A stretch of DNA of 64,000 nucleotides from an uncultured Gemmatimonadales bacterium (GTDB taxonomy: Bacteria > Gemmatimonadota > Gemmatimonadetes > Longimicrobiales > RSA9): the NCBI GenBank assembly GCA_963708135.1, contig OY970192.1:2272001-2336000 (forward strand). Direction: 5' to 3'. Below, piece by piece: positions 56,521 through 64,000 of the stretch (within the stretch, counting starts at the first letter, position 1; every line of letters begins with the position of its first letter). The notes beneath the pieces were generated by a model, which made no database searches, was not told where the DNA came from, and saw only the letters and a list, made by a program, of their open reading frames with translations. The position numbers and the translations under genes were made by a program.

Positions 56521-57809
56521 CCAACGGCCTCCCGCAGCGCGGCCGTGAGCGCCTCCGCGGTGCGGTCCACCTCCTCGTCGCCGTGGGCGATCGAGATGAA
56601 GCTGGCCTCGAACGGTGACGGCGCGAGGCTCACCCCGCGCTCGAGGGCGGCGCGGAAGAAGCGCGCGAAGAAGTCGGCGTCGCCCTTCGTCGCATCCTCG
56701 AAGCAGCGCACGGGCCCCTCGACGAAGTGGAAACCCCACATCCCACCGAGGGCGCCGCCCCATGCGGGCACGCCGGTCTCCCGGGCCGCGCCGAGCAGCG
56801 CGTCCAGGAGCTGGTTCGCTCGGCGCTCCAGATCGGCGTACGGCTCGCTTTCGCGCAGAAACAGCAGCTGTGCGATCCCAGCCGCCATCGCCAGCGGGTT
56901 CCCCGAGAGCGTGCCCGCCTGGTAGATGGGGCCGGAGGGCGCCACCCGTTCCATGATGGCGCGCTTGCCGCCGTACGCGCCCACCGGCAGCCCGCCCCCC
57001 ACCACCTTCCCCAGCGTGGTCAGGTCCGGGTCCAGGCCGAAGCGCGCCTGCGCGCCGCCGAGCGCCACCCGGAAGCCCGTCATCACCTCGTCCAGGATCA
57101 GCAGCGAGCCGTGCTCCCGGGTGACCCGCCGCAGTCCCGGGAGGAAGCCCTCGTCCGGCGGGATGAAGCCCGCGTTGCCGACGACCGGCTCGACAATGAC
57201 GCACGCGATCCGCTCGCCGTGCTCCCGGAAGATCGATTCGACCGTCTCGAGGTCGTTGTAGGGAGCGGTGAGCGTCAGCGCGGCAAGGTCGGAGGGAACG
57301 CCGGGGGAGTCGGGCAGCCCCAGCGTCGCCACGCCGCTGCCGGCCTGCACGAGGAAGGAGTCGCCGTGCCCGTGGTAGCAGCCGGAGAACTTCAGCACCA
57401 GGTCCCGGCCGGTGTAGCCGCGGGCGAGGCGGAGGGCGGACATCGTCGCCTCGGTGCCGCTGTTCACGAAGCGCACCATCTCGATCGACGGGACGAGCGA
57501 TACGACGAGCTCCGCCAGCTCGACCTCCGCGCCGGCCGGCATCCCGTAGCTCGTTCCGCGCTCGACCGCGTCCTTGACCGCCCGCACGACCGAGGGGTGG
57601 GCGTGGCCGAGAATCAGCGCGCCCCAGCTCAGCACGTAGTCGATGTACGCGTTGCCATCGACGTCCCAGACCCGCGCCCCCAGCGCGTGGTCCACGAAGA
57701 ACGGCTCGCCGCCCACCCGGCCGAACGCCCGCACCGGCGAATTCACGCCGCCCGGGATCAGCCCCTTGGCCCGTCTGAACAGACGAGCGCTCTCCTCATG
57801 CCGCGCCAC
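56517..57809 (-). CDS. hemL: Glutamate-1-semialdehyde 2,1-aminomutase
   Basis: [58 protein letters not shown]. Confidence 0.97.
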   Translation of the reverse strand: MARHEESARLFRRAKGLIPGGVNSPVRAFGRVGGEPFFVDHALGARVWDVDGNAYIDYVLSWGALILGHAHPSVVRAVKDAVERGTSYGMPAGAEVELAELVVSLVPSIEMVRFVNSGTEATMSALRLARGYTGRDLVLKFSGCYHGHGDSFLVQAGSGVATLGLPDSPGVPSDLAALTLTAPYNDLETVESIFREHGERIACVIVEPVVGNAGFIPPDEGFLPGLRRVTREHGSLLILDEVMTGFRVALGGAQARFGLDPDLTTLGKVVGGGLPVGAYGGKRAIMERVAPSGPIYQAGTLSGNPLAMAAGIAQLLFLRESEPYADLERRANQLLDALLGAARETGVPAWGGALGGMWGFHFVEGPVRCFEDATKGDADFFARFFRAALERGVSLAPSPFEASFISIAHGDEEVDRTAEALTAALREAVG

Positions 57810-59400
57810 CCGCCCCCTCCGCGTTGCCGGGGATCGCCACGAGGTCGTCCTCGGACGCCTCGATCACCCTCACATCTATCATCTCGCCGGGCGCGGCGCC
57901 CGTGGCACCCCGCACCACGACCACGCCGTCCAGGTCCAGCGCCTGCCGCGTGCTCCGCCCCACCACCCCGGCGCCGGGGCGGACGGAGTCGACCAGGATT
58001 CGAAGTCGCCGCCCGACCAGCGCCTCGTTCCGCTCCGCCGTGATGGCGCGGGAGAGCTCGAGCACCCGCTCCAGCCGCTCGCGCCGCAGCCACTCCGGCA
58101 CCGGGTCCGGCATGTGGGCCGCCGCCGTCCCCTCCTCCACGGAGTACGAGAACGCGCCGAGGTGGTCGAAGCGCAGCTCCTCCAGCAGCTCGAGCAGCTC
58201 CTCGAACTCCTCCTCCGTCTCGCCCGGGAAGCCGACGATCACCGTCGTGCGCAGCGCGAGCTCCGGCAGCGCGTCGCGCAGCCAGCCCACCCGCTCGCGG
58301 ATGGTCGCGCGGCGCTCGGGGCGCCGCATCCGCTGGAGCACCGTGTCCGCGCCGTGCTGGATCGGCATGTCCAGATACGGCACGATGCGCGGCTCCGCCG
58401 CCATCAGCTCCACCAGCTCCGGGTAGATCCCGGACGGGTACATGTAGAACAGCCGCAGCCACGGGATGTCGGTGCCATCCAGCAGCGCGCGCAGGAGCTC
58501 GGGGAGGAGCCCCCGCCGCCCCGCCACCCCGGCCGGCAGCGCCGCCCGCCTGCCCGGCCGCCCCGCGCCCCCCGGCGCCGGTGAGCCCGCGCGACCGGCG
58601 GCCGCCGCGGCTCCCGGCAGCTTGCCCGCGAAGTACCCGCCGCCGCCGACATCGCCGGTCCCGCGGAGCAGGTCGCGCCCGTACCACGTCGTGTCCTGAC
58701 TGATCAGGTTGAGCTCGACCACGCCCGCGGCGGCGAGCTCGGCCGCCTCGCGCACGAGGCGCTCGAGGGGGACCGAGCGGTGCTTGCCACGCATGAGCGG
58801 GATGGCGCAGAAGGCGCAGCCGTGGTCGCACCCTTCGCTGATCTTCAGATAGGACGTGTGCGGCGTGGCCGTGCTGAGCACGCGCAGCGGCCGCTCCATC
58901 GTCGGCACGTCGGCGGGCGGCGCCTCGAGGATGCCGCGCGCCTGGAGCTCCGGCACGAGCCGCTCCACCTCGCCCGTGCCCAGGAAGAGATCCACCGCCG
59001 GCAGCTCCGCCGAGAGCTCGGCCCGGTAGCGCTGCACCAGGCAGCCGACGGCGACCACCGCACGCACGCGGCCGTCCTCCTTCAGCCGCAGCGCGTCCAG
59101 GATCGCATCGACGGACTCCTCCTTCGCCACGTCAATGAAACCGCACGTGTTCACCACCACCACGTCCGACCCTTCCGCCCCACCGCGGACCCGCGCCCCG
59201 GCGGCGAGCAGCCCCGCCATCAGCCGCTCGCTGTCCACGGTGTTCTTGTCGCAGCCGAGCGTGACCAGCCCCACGCGGACGCCCGGTGCCTGCCCGTGCG
59301 ACGCGGTCCTGCCCATCGCGTCCCCGCCCCGCCCGGAGGCGTCGGGAAGGGCGGCGGGCAGGACCGGGAGTGCGGCTCGCGTTGCGTTCCGTCGGCTCAT
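57796..59400 (-). CDS. rimO: Ribosomal protein S12 methylthiotransferase
   Basis: [62 protein letters not shown]-terminal TRAM domain with DG. Confidence 0.95.
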   Translation of the reverse strand: MSRRNATRAALPVLPAALPDASGRGGDAMGRTASHGQAPGVRVGLVTLGCDKNTVDSERLMAGLLAAGARVRGGAEGSDVVVVNTCGFIDVAKEESVDAILDALRLKEDGRVRAVVAVGCLVQRYRAELSAELPAVDLFLGTGEVERLVPELQARGILEAPPADVPTMERPLRVLSTATPHTSYLKISEGCDHGCAFCAIPLMRGKHRSVPLERLVREAAELAAAGVVELNLISQDTTWYGRDLLRGTGDVGGGGYFAGKLPGAAAAAGRAGSPAPGGAGRPGRRAALPAGVAGRRGLLPELLRALLDGTDIPWLRLFYMYPSGIYPELVELMAAEPRIVPYLDMPIQHGADTVLQRMRRPERRATIRERVGWLRDALPELALRTTVIVGFPGETEEEFEELLELLEELRFDHLGAFSYSVEEGTAAAHMPDPVPEWLRRERLERVLELSRAITAERNEALVGRRLRILVDSVRPGAGVVGRSTRQALDLDGVVVVRGATGAAPGEMIDVRVIEASEDDLVAIPGNAEGAGGAA

Positions 59401-59435
59401 CGGGCTCGTTTCATCCGGCTCGCTCGGGGGGCGGG

Positions 59436-59464
59436 AATATAGACGGCCGCTGCATCGGGATCAA
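59436..59464 (-). promoter_or_regulatory. Sigma70-type promoter of rimO-hemL operon
   Basis: TTGATC (59464-59459)-N17-TATATT (59441-59436); hexamers identical to the rpmE promoter. Confidence 0.78.
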
Positions 59465-59540
59465 CCAATCGCCGCGCCGCGGCGTGCGGCACGCGCCAGG
59501 TCGGCGGGCGCGGCGGCGGGCGGCACGTCCGGGACCGGGC

Positions 59541-60470
59541 TCAGTGCCGGTCGATCACCTGCGCACCCGGCGGCGGGGTGAAGCGGAAGAGCGCATCCTT
59601 CAGCGGCACGTCCGTACGCAGGTCGCTCAGCTCGAAGCGGCGCAGGCTCCCGTTCTCGCCCGCGATCTCGAAGCGCCGCGCCAGCCAGTCGCGCGCGTCG
59701 ATCCACACCTTGAGCGAGCGGTACCCCGTCGGCTTCTTCGGCACCATCCTCACCACGTATGCCGGCCGTCCGGCAACGGTCTGGCGGCCCTCGAGTGTCG
59801 CGTCGAAGCGCGCCACCGGGTCGCCCAGGAACTGCGCCTGCAGGTCCACGCCGCCCGCACCGCCGGCGCTCGCCGGCGCGCGGATCACCTGCTTCGGGTC
59901 CACGCTCGGGTAGTAGACCCAGAAGAAGCGGCCGTCGCCCACGATCACGTCGCCCGCGGGCTCGCTGAAGCGGAGCAGCAGCCGGTCGGGCCGGCGCTCG
60001 AAGAGCGTGCCCCGGCTCGTCGTGGTGCTTCCCAGCAGCGGGTTCTCGATCCGCTGCACGAAGTCGGCACGCAGCGAGCGGACGCGCCGGTACGCGGCGG
60101 ACGCGTGCCGCAGCACGCTCTCCGCCGTCGCCTGCGCGGCCGGCCTCACCGGCTCCACCGCTGGCGCGACCGCCTCCGGCGACGCCGTCGGGTCCGCGCC
60201 CCTGGGCGCCCGCGGCCGGCCCGCTCCCGCCCCGGCCACGCCTTCCCCGGCGCTCGACGGCCCGCCCCGAGTGGCCGCGTCCGGGCCGACGGAAGTCGCC
60301 GGCCTTTCGGCCGCCGCGCCCATCCGGGGCGCCGCCGGAGCGGCCGGGCGCACGACGGCCCGCGCGGGCGCCACCTCTGTATCGGCGGCACGTGGCAGGT
60401 GGCCGCGGGCGCCCAGGGCGACTCCCGCAGCGATCCCGCCGGCCGCGACTACGATGATGATCGTGCGCAT
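59541..60470 (-). CDS. lolA: Outer-membrane lipoprotein carrier LolA-family protein with long Ala/Pro-rich N-terminal linker
   Basis: Downstream of ftsK; L.A.F.Q, G.....RP, IV.DG...W.Y.P...Q, F.F.PP.G..V. Confidence 0.82.
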   Translation of the reverse strand: MRTIIIVVAAGGIAAGVALGARGHLPRAADTEVAPARAVVRPAAPAAPRMGAAAERPATSVGPDAATRGGPSSAGEGVAGAGAGRPRAPRGADPTASPEAVAPAVEPVRPAAQATAESVLRHASAAYRRVRSLRADFVQRIENPLLGSTTTSRGTLFERRPDRLLLRFSEPAGDVIVGDGRFFWVYYPSVDPKQVIRAPASAGGAGGVDLQAQFLGDPVARFDATLEGRQTVAGRPAYVVRMVPKKPTGYRSLKVWIDARDWLARRFEIAGENGSLRRFELSDLRTDVPLKDALFRFTPPPGAQVIDRH

Positions 60471-60562
60471 CGCTCCCCTGACGAAAAGAAGGGTCCCGGG
60501 CCGTTGGTACACGACGCCGGAACCCACGTTCCTCGCTGGAGATGGGCCGAGTCGGCGCGGCG

Positions 60563-62842
60563 CTACTCGTCCCCGCAGATCGACTCCAGCGACTCGATCC
60601 CGACAAGGACCTCGCGCGGGCGGGAGCCGTCCGGCGGCCCGAGCACGCCGGCGTTGTGGAGCTGATCGATGATCCGCGCCGCGCGGCCGTAGCCGATCCG
60701 GAGCCGGCGCTGGAGCAGCGAAGTGGAGCCCTGCTGGAACTGCACGCACACCTCGGCGGCCTGCCGGAAGAGCGCGTCGCGCTCGTCGTCGTAGCCGTCC
60801 GGGCCGTCGTCGCGCGCGGCATCCGCCTCGTGGGCGCGCACGACCTCGAGGATGTCCTCCTCCAGTCCGGCGCGTTCCGCCCCCTTCTGGCGGTACCACG
60901 CCATCAGCCGCTCCGTCTCTTCGGTGGAGAGGAAGGCGCCCTGGATCCGCACTGGATCCGACGTGCCGGGCGGAAGGAAGAGCATGTCGCCGTTGCCCAG
61001 CAGCGCATCGGCGCCGTTCTGGTCGAGGATGGTGCGCGAGTCCACCTTCGCGCTCACGCGGAACGCTATGCGGCAGGGGAAGTTGGCCTTGATGAGGCCC
61101 GTGATCACGTTCACACTGGGGCGCTGCGTGGCGACGATCAGGTGGATGCCGATCGCGCGCGCCTTCTGCGCCAGCTGCGCCAGCGGGCGCTCGATCTCGG
61201 CCTGCACCGCCAGCATCAGGTCGGCCAGCTCGTCCACCACCACCACGATGAACGGCAGCGGACCGTCCGTATACGCCCAGCGCTCCGGGTCCGAGTCGTC
61301 GCCCGCGGCCTCGGGCCGCCGCAGCGGCTGCCCCTCCGACGCCCGGCGGTTGAACTCCGCCAGCGAGCGCGCCCCGTTCTCTGACAGCAGCTCGTAGCGC
61401 CGCTCCATCTCGAGCACGGCCCACTTGAGCACCGTGGCGGCGTCCTGCGGGTTCGTGATCACCGGATGCCGCAGGTGCGGCAGGTCCGAGTACATGCTCA
61501 GCTCGACCATCTTCGGATCGACCATCAGCATGCGCAGCTGCTGCGGCGAGTGCCGGTACACCAGGCTCGTGATCAGCGTGTTGATGCAGACCGACTTGCC
61601 CGACCCGGTCGCACCCGCGATCAACAGGTGCGGCATGCGCGCCAGGTCGGCCACGTAGGCGCGACCCATCAGATCCTTCCCGAGCGCCAGCGGCAGCTGG
61701 CCCCGGCTGCGCTGGAACGTCGTCGCCTCCAGGATCTCGCGCAGCGCCACCACCTCCGCCTCCGGGTTCGGCACCTCCACGCCCACCGCCCCCTTCCCCG
61801 GGATCGGCGCCACGATCCGCACGCTCGGCGCCTTCAGCGCCAGCGCCAGGTCCGCATCCAGCGCCGCGATCCGGTTCACCTTCACCCCCGGCGCCGGCAC
61901 CACCTCGAACTGCGTCACCACCGGCCCCGTCGTGCGCCCGCCGATGCTTCCCTCCACCTTGAACGTCTGCAGCGTCCGGATCAGCACCTCGCCCAGCCGG
62001 TCCAGCTCCGCCTCGCTGAGCGAGGCGTCCCGCGTCGCCGGCGGGTCGAGCAGCGACGCCGGCGGCCGGTCCGGCGAGTCCGGATCGCCGAAGTCCTCGA
62101 GCGAATGCTCCGTCGGCGGCGCGGCCCTGCGCCGCTTGGCCCGCCCGACCAGGGCCCGCTGGATCGGCGCCAGGACACCTTCGGGCGCGTCCGGCTCCGG
62201 CGCGGCGCCGGGTAGCACGCCGGGCTCGACCGGCGCCGCCGGAGCCGTCTCGAGCGCGGCGGCGGCCCGTTCCGCGGCGCCCTGGCGGAGCCGTGCGACG
62301 ACGGCGCGGCCCGCGCGCACCACTCCCTGCGCGAGCGGCCGCGCCGGGTTCCAGCCGATGGTCGCCACAGAGGCGATGATCCCGAGGAAGAGCAGCGCCA
62401 GCAGCCCGCCCAGCCAGCTCAGCAGCGCGACCAGCGGCACGGCCACGGTGCGACCCAGCCAGCCGGCCATCTCCGGGTCCAGCCACGCGGCGCCGGTGGG
62501 AGCGAGCTCGGGCGTGGCGAGCGCGAGGGCGGCGGGAACCAGCACGGCGAGCGCGGTCAGGAGCGCGGCCCAGCGGAACGTCGTCTCCAGGGACAGCCAC
62601 CCGAAGCACGCCCCGCCCGGCAGTGCCACCAGCACGGGCAGGAGCACCGTGCCCGCGCCGAAGACGAAGAACGCGCCGCGAGCCACGGCGCGGCCGAGCA
62701 CGCCCATGAGGTTGCCGGAGGCGAAGAGGCGCACGCCGCCCGAGCCGAGCAGGCCGAGCGGCACCAGGCTGAGGAGCAGGAAGAGCCCGAGCGAGAGGAG
62801 GGAGACTCCGATCAGCTCGCGTCGCTGGGTGGAGGTCAGCAT
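60563..62842 (-). CDS. ftsK: DNA translocase FtsK
   Basis: ATG 62842; N-terminal TM domain, GP..T.FE, R..APIPGK..VG.EVPN, PHLLIAGATGSGKS, DPKM.EL, DELADLM, ATQRPS, gamma domain S.LQRRL.IGY.RAAR..D. Confidence 0.97.
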   Translation of the reverse strand: MLTSTQRRELIGVSLLSLGLFLLLSLVPLGLLGSGGVRLFASGNLMGVLGRAVARGAFFVFGAGTVLLPVLVALPGGACFGWLSLETTFRWAALLTALAVLVPAALALATPELAPTGAAWLDPEMAGWLGRTVAVPLVALLSWLGGLLALLFLGIIASVATIGWNPARPLAQGVVRAGRAVVARLRQGAAERAAAALETAPAAPVEPGVLPGAAPEPDAPEGVLAPIQRALVGRAKRRRAAPPTEHSLEDFGDPDSPDRPPASLLDPPATRDASLSEAELDRLGEVLIRTLQTFKVEGSIGGRTTGPVVTQFEVVPAPGVKVNRIAALDADLALALKAPSVRIVAPIPGKGAVGVEVPNPEAEVVALREILEATTFQRSRGQLPLALGKDLMGRAYVADLARMPHLLIAGATGSGKSVCINTLITSLVYRHSPQQLRMLMVDPKMVELSMYSDLPHLRHPVITNPQDAATVLKWAVLEMERRYELLSENGARSLAEFNRRASEGQPLRRPEAAGDDSDPERWAYTDGPLPFIVVVVDELADLMLAVQAEIERPLAQLAQKARAIGIHLIVATQRPSVNVITGLIKANFPCRIAFRVSAKVDSRTILDQNGADALLGNGDMLFLPPGTSDPVRIQGAFLSTEETERLMAWYRQKGAERAGLEEDILEVVRAHEADAARDDGPDGYDDERDALFRQAAEVCVQFQQGSTSLLQRRLRIGYGRAARIIDQLHNAGVLGPPDGSRPREVLVGIESLESICGDE

Positions 62843-62853
62843 GGTTTGCCTTG

Positions 62854-63579
62854 CTACTGCAGGGTTACTTGCCGGTCGCGCAGGTGGGGCACGAGGTCGT
62901 AGAGATCCAACTGGGCGCAGAACGCAAGGTCCGCCTCGAAGCCCTCCTCGATCAGCTGCCGCCCAGCCGTCGTGCGCCGCAGAGTGGCCGCGATGCGCGG
63001 AAGGTGTCGGCGCGCGAGCTGGACCGAGGCAAGCGCCGCGTCGTTCCAGCGGTGCGGTCCCGCGAGCCGCTCCTGGATCCCCCGGATGAGCGCTCCCGCG
63101 CACACCGCGTCCTCGAGCGCAAAGCGCCGCTCCCGCCCCGCGCACACGATCGCGACGCCGCCGCCGCCAGCCTCCGCCACCTCCGCGGCCACCGCGCCGA
63201 CGTTGAGCAGCGAAGCGATGAGCGTGTTCTTCACCGCCGCGACCGCGGCGAGGGCAGCCGTCCCGTTGGTCGTCGTCATGACCAGCGGCCGACCGCTCAC
63301 GCGCTCCTTCGTGAACTCGAGCGGCGAGTTGCCCAGGTCGAACCCCTCGATGCGAACGCTGCGCCGCTCGCCGCACAGGAGCGCCTGGTCCCGGCCGATG
63401 TTCTGCGCGATCCGCACGGCCTCGTCCGCCGTGGTCACGGGGAACACCGCCCGCGCCCCGTTCGCCAGCGCCTCGACGATGGTGCTCGTGGCCCGCAGCA
63501 CGTCGATCACGACCACGGTCTCATCCGTGCTCGCGCCGGCGCCCTGCTCGCCCGGCGTGAAGAAGACCTCGATCCTCAC
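62854..63579 (-). CDS. comB: 2-phosphosulfolactate phosphatase (ComB) family protein
   Basis: GTG 63579 overlaps accC stop; VIDVLRATS, GER, GFDLGNSP, TTTNGT, ED..CAG. Confidence 0.9.
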   Translation of the reverse strand: MRIEVFFTPGEQGAGASTDETVVVIDVLRATSTIVEALANGARAVFPVTTADEAVRIAQNIGRDQALLCGERRSVRIEGFDLGNSPLEFTKERVSGRPLVMTTTNGTAALAAVAAVKNTLIASLLNVGAVAAEVAEAGGGGVAIVCAGRERRFALEDAVCAGALIRGIQERLAGPHRWNDAALASVQLARRHLPRIAATLRRTTAGRQLIEEGFEADLAFCAQLDLYDLVPHLRDRQVTLQ

Positions 63580-64000
63580 GCGGCCGCCGTGGCGCGCTCC
63601 GCCATGCGCCGGTCGACGAATTTCGTGTCGAACTCCCCGGCCACGAACGCGGGATCGCGGATCAGGTCCTTCAGGAACGGGATCGTCGTGTGCACGCCCT
63701 CGATGATGAAGGACTCGAGCGCGAGCAGCGTGCGTGCGAGCGCCTCCGCGCGCGTGGGCGCGTGCACGATCAGCTTGCCGATCAGGGAATCGTATTGCGG
63801 CGGAACGCGGTACCCCGCATACGCGTGGGTGTCCAGCCGCACGCCGGGGCCACCCGGGGGATGGAAGATGGTGATCGTCCCCGGGCTGGGCGCGAAGTTG
63901 CGCTCCGGGTCCTCCGCGTTGATGCGGCACTCGATGGCGTGGCCACGCAGCTCCACCGGCCCCTGCGGCACGCTCAGCGGCTCTCCGGCGGCGATCCGGA
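63576..64000 (-). CDS. accC: Acetyl-CoA carboxylase biotin carboxylase subunit, C-terminal part (starts beyond window)
   Basis: GHAIECRINAEDP, PGGPGVRLD, PP.YDS.I.KLI, I.G..T.I.F. Confidence 0.92.
   Translation of the reverse strand, partial: RIAAGEPLSVPQGPVELRGHAIECRINAEDPERNFAPSPGTITIFHPPGGPGVRLDTHAYAGYRVPPQYDSLIGKLIVHAPTRAEALARTLLALESFIIEGVHTTIPFLKDLIRDPAFVAGEFDTKFVDRRMAERATAAA

Noticed and set aside
62854..63579. comB as evidence of coenzyme M biosynthesis
   Set aside because: ComB-family phosphatases are widespread in bacteria without CoM, and no other com genes are present.

Overview
Very GC-rich (visually >70%) bacterial chromosomal segment made almost entirely of housekeeping genes. 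About 60 genes run on the minus strand, many translationally coupled by GTGA/ATGA overlaps. Only two genes are on the plus strand: a gamma-glutamyltransferase-like lipoprotein and an orphan. Gene content (lnt, lolA, beta-barrel proteins, hrcA, rex, mutS2, YlbF-family, Minf_1886-family) points to a diderm organism, most plausibly Gemmatimonadota (inference). Order in transcription direction: accC'-comB-ftsK-lolA-rimO-hemL-spoIID-like-OMP-Gfo/Idh/MocA-lnt-OMP-rpmE-prfA-prmC-ylbF-like-CDP-alcohol transferase-ino1-tmk-ctpA-DMT-asparaginase II-CMD-obgE-dprA-hemW-hrcA-dnaJ-prmA-(orphan +)-HIT-yqeY-(candidate ncRNA)-(ggt +)-mutS2-dnaG-Zn ribbon-recJ-rsmD-coaD-pta-STAS-RsbW-PP2C-rsmA-MFS-degenerate HK-rex-arcA-DEDDh exonuclease-MBL-cupredoxin-thiolase-bioY-CPBP-hbd-ACAD-Leu dehydrogenase-glyA-Minf_1886-small Zn protein-nnr-hypothetical-thiL'. 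I saw no mobile element, CRISPR array, tRNA or rRNA. Most notable observations: (1) an unannotated ~220-nt transcription unit with its own sigma70 promoter, four back-to-back hairpins and an intrinsic terminator (32407-32659); (2) a perfect Rex operator on the promoter of a rex-arcA-exonuclease-MBL-cupredoxin operon; (3) a HisKA protein with a degenerate ATP-binding domain just upstream of rex; (4) a sigma54-type promoter in front of a 68-aa Cys4 microprotein; (5) an ino1 plus PIP-synthase-like pair; (6) a frameshift in dprA at a (CT)n tract; (7) a G-rich hexamer repeat just before glyA. All calls come from reading motifs by eye; no database searches or folding programs were run.
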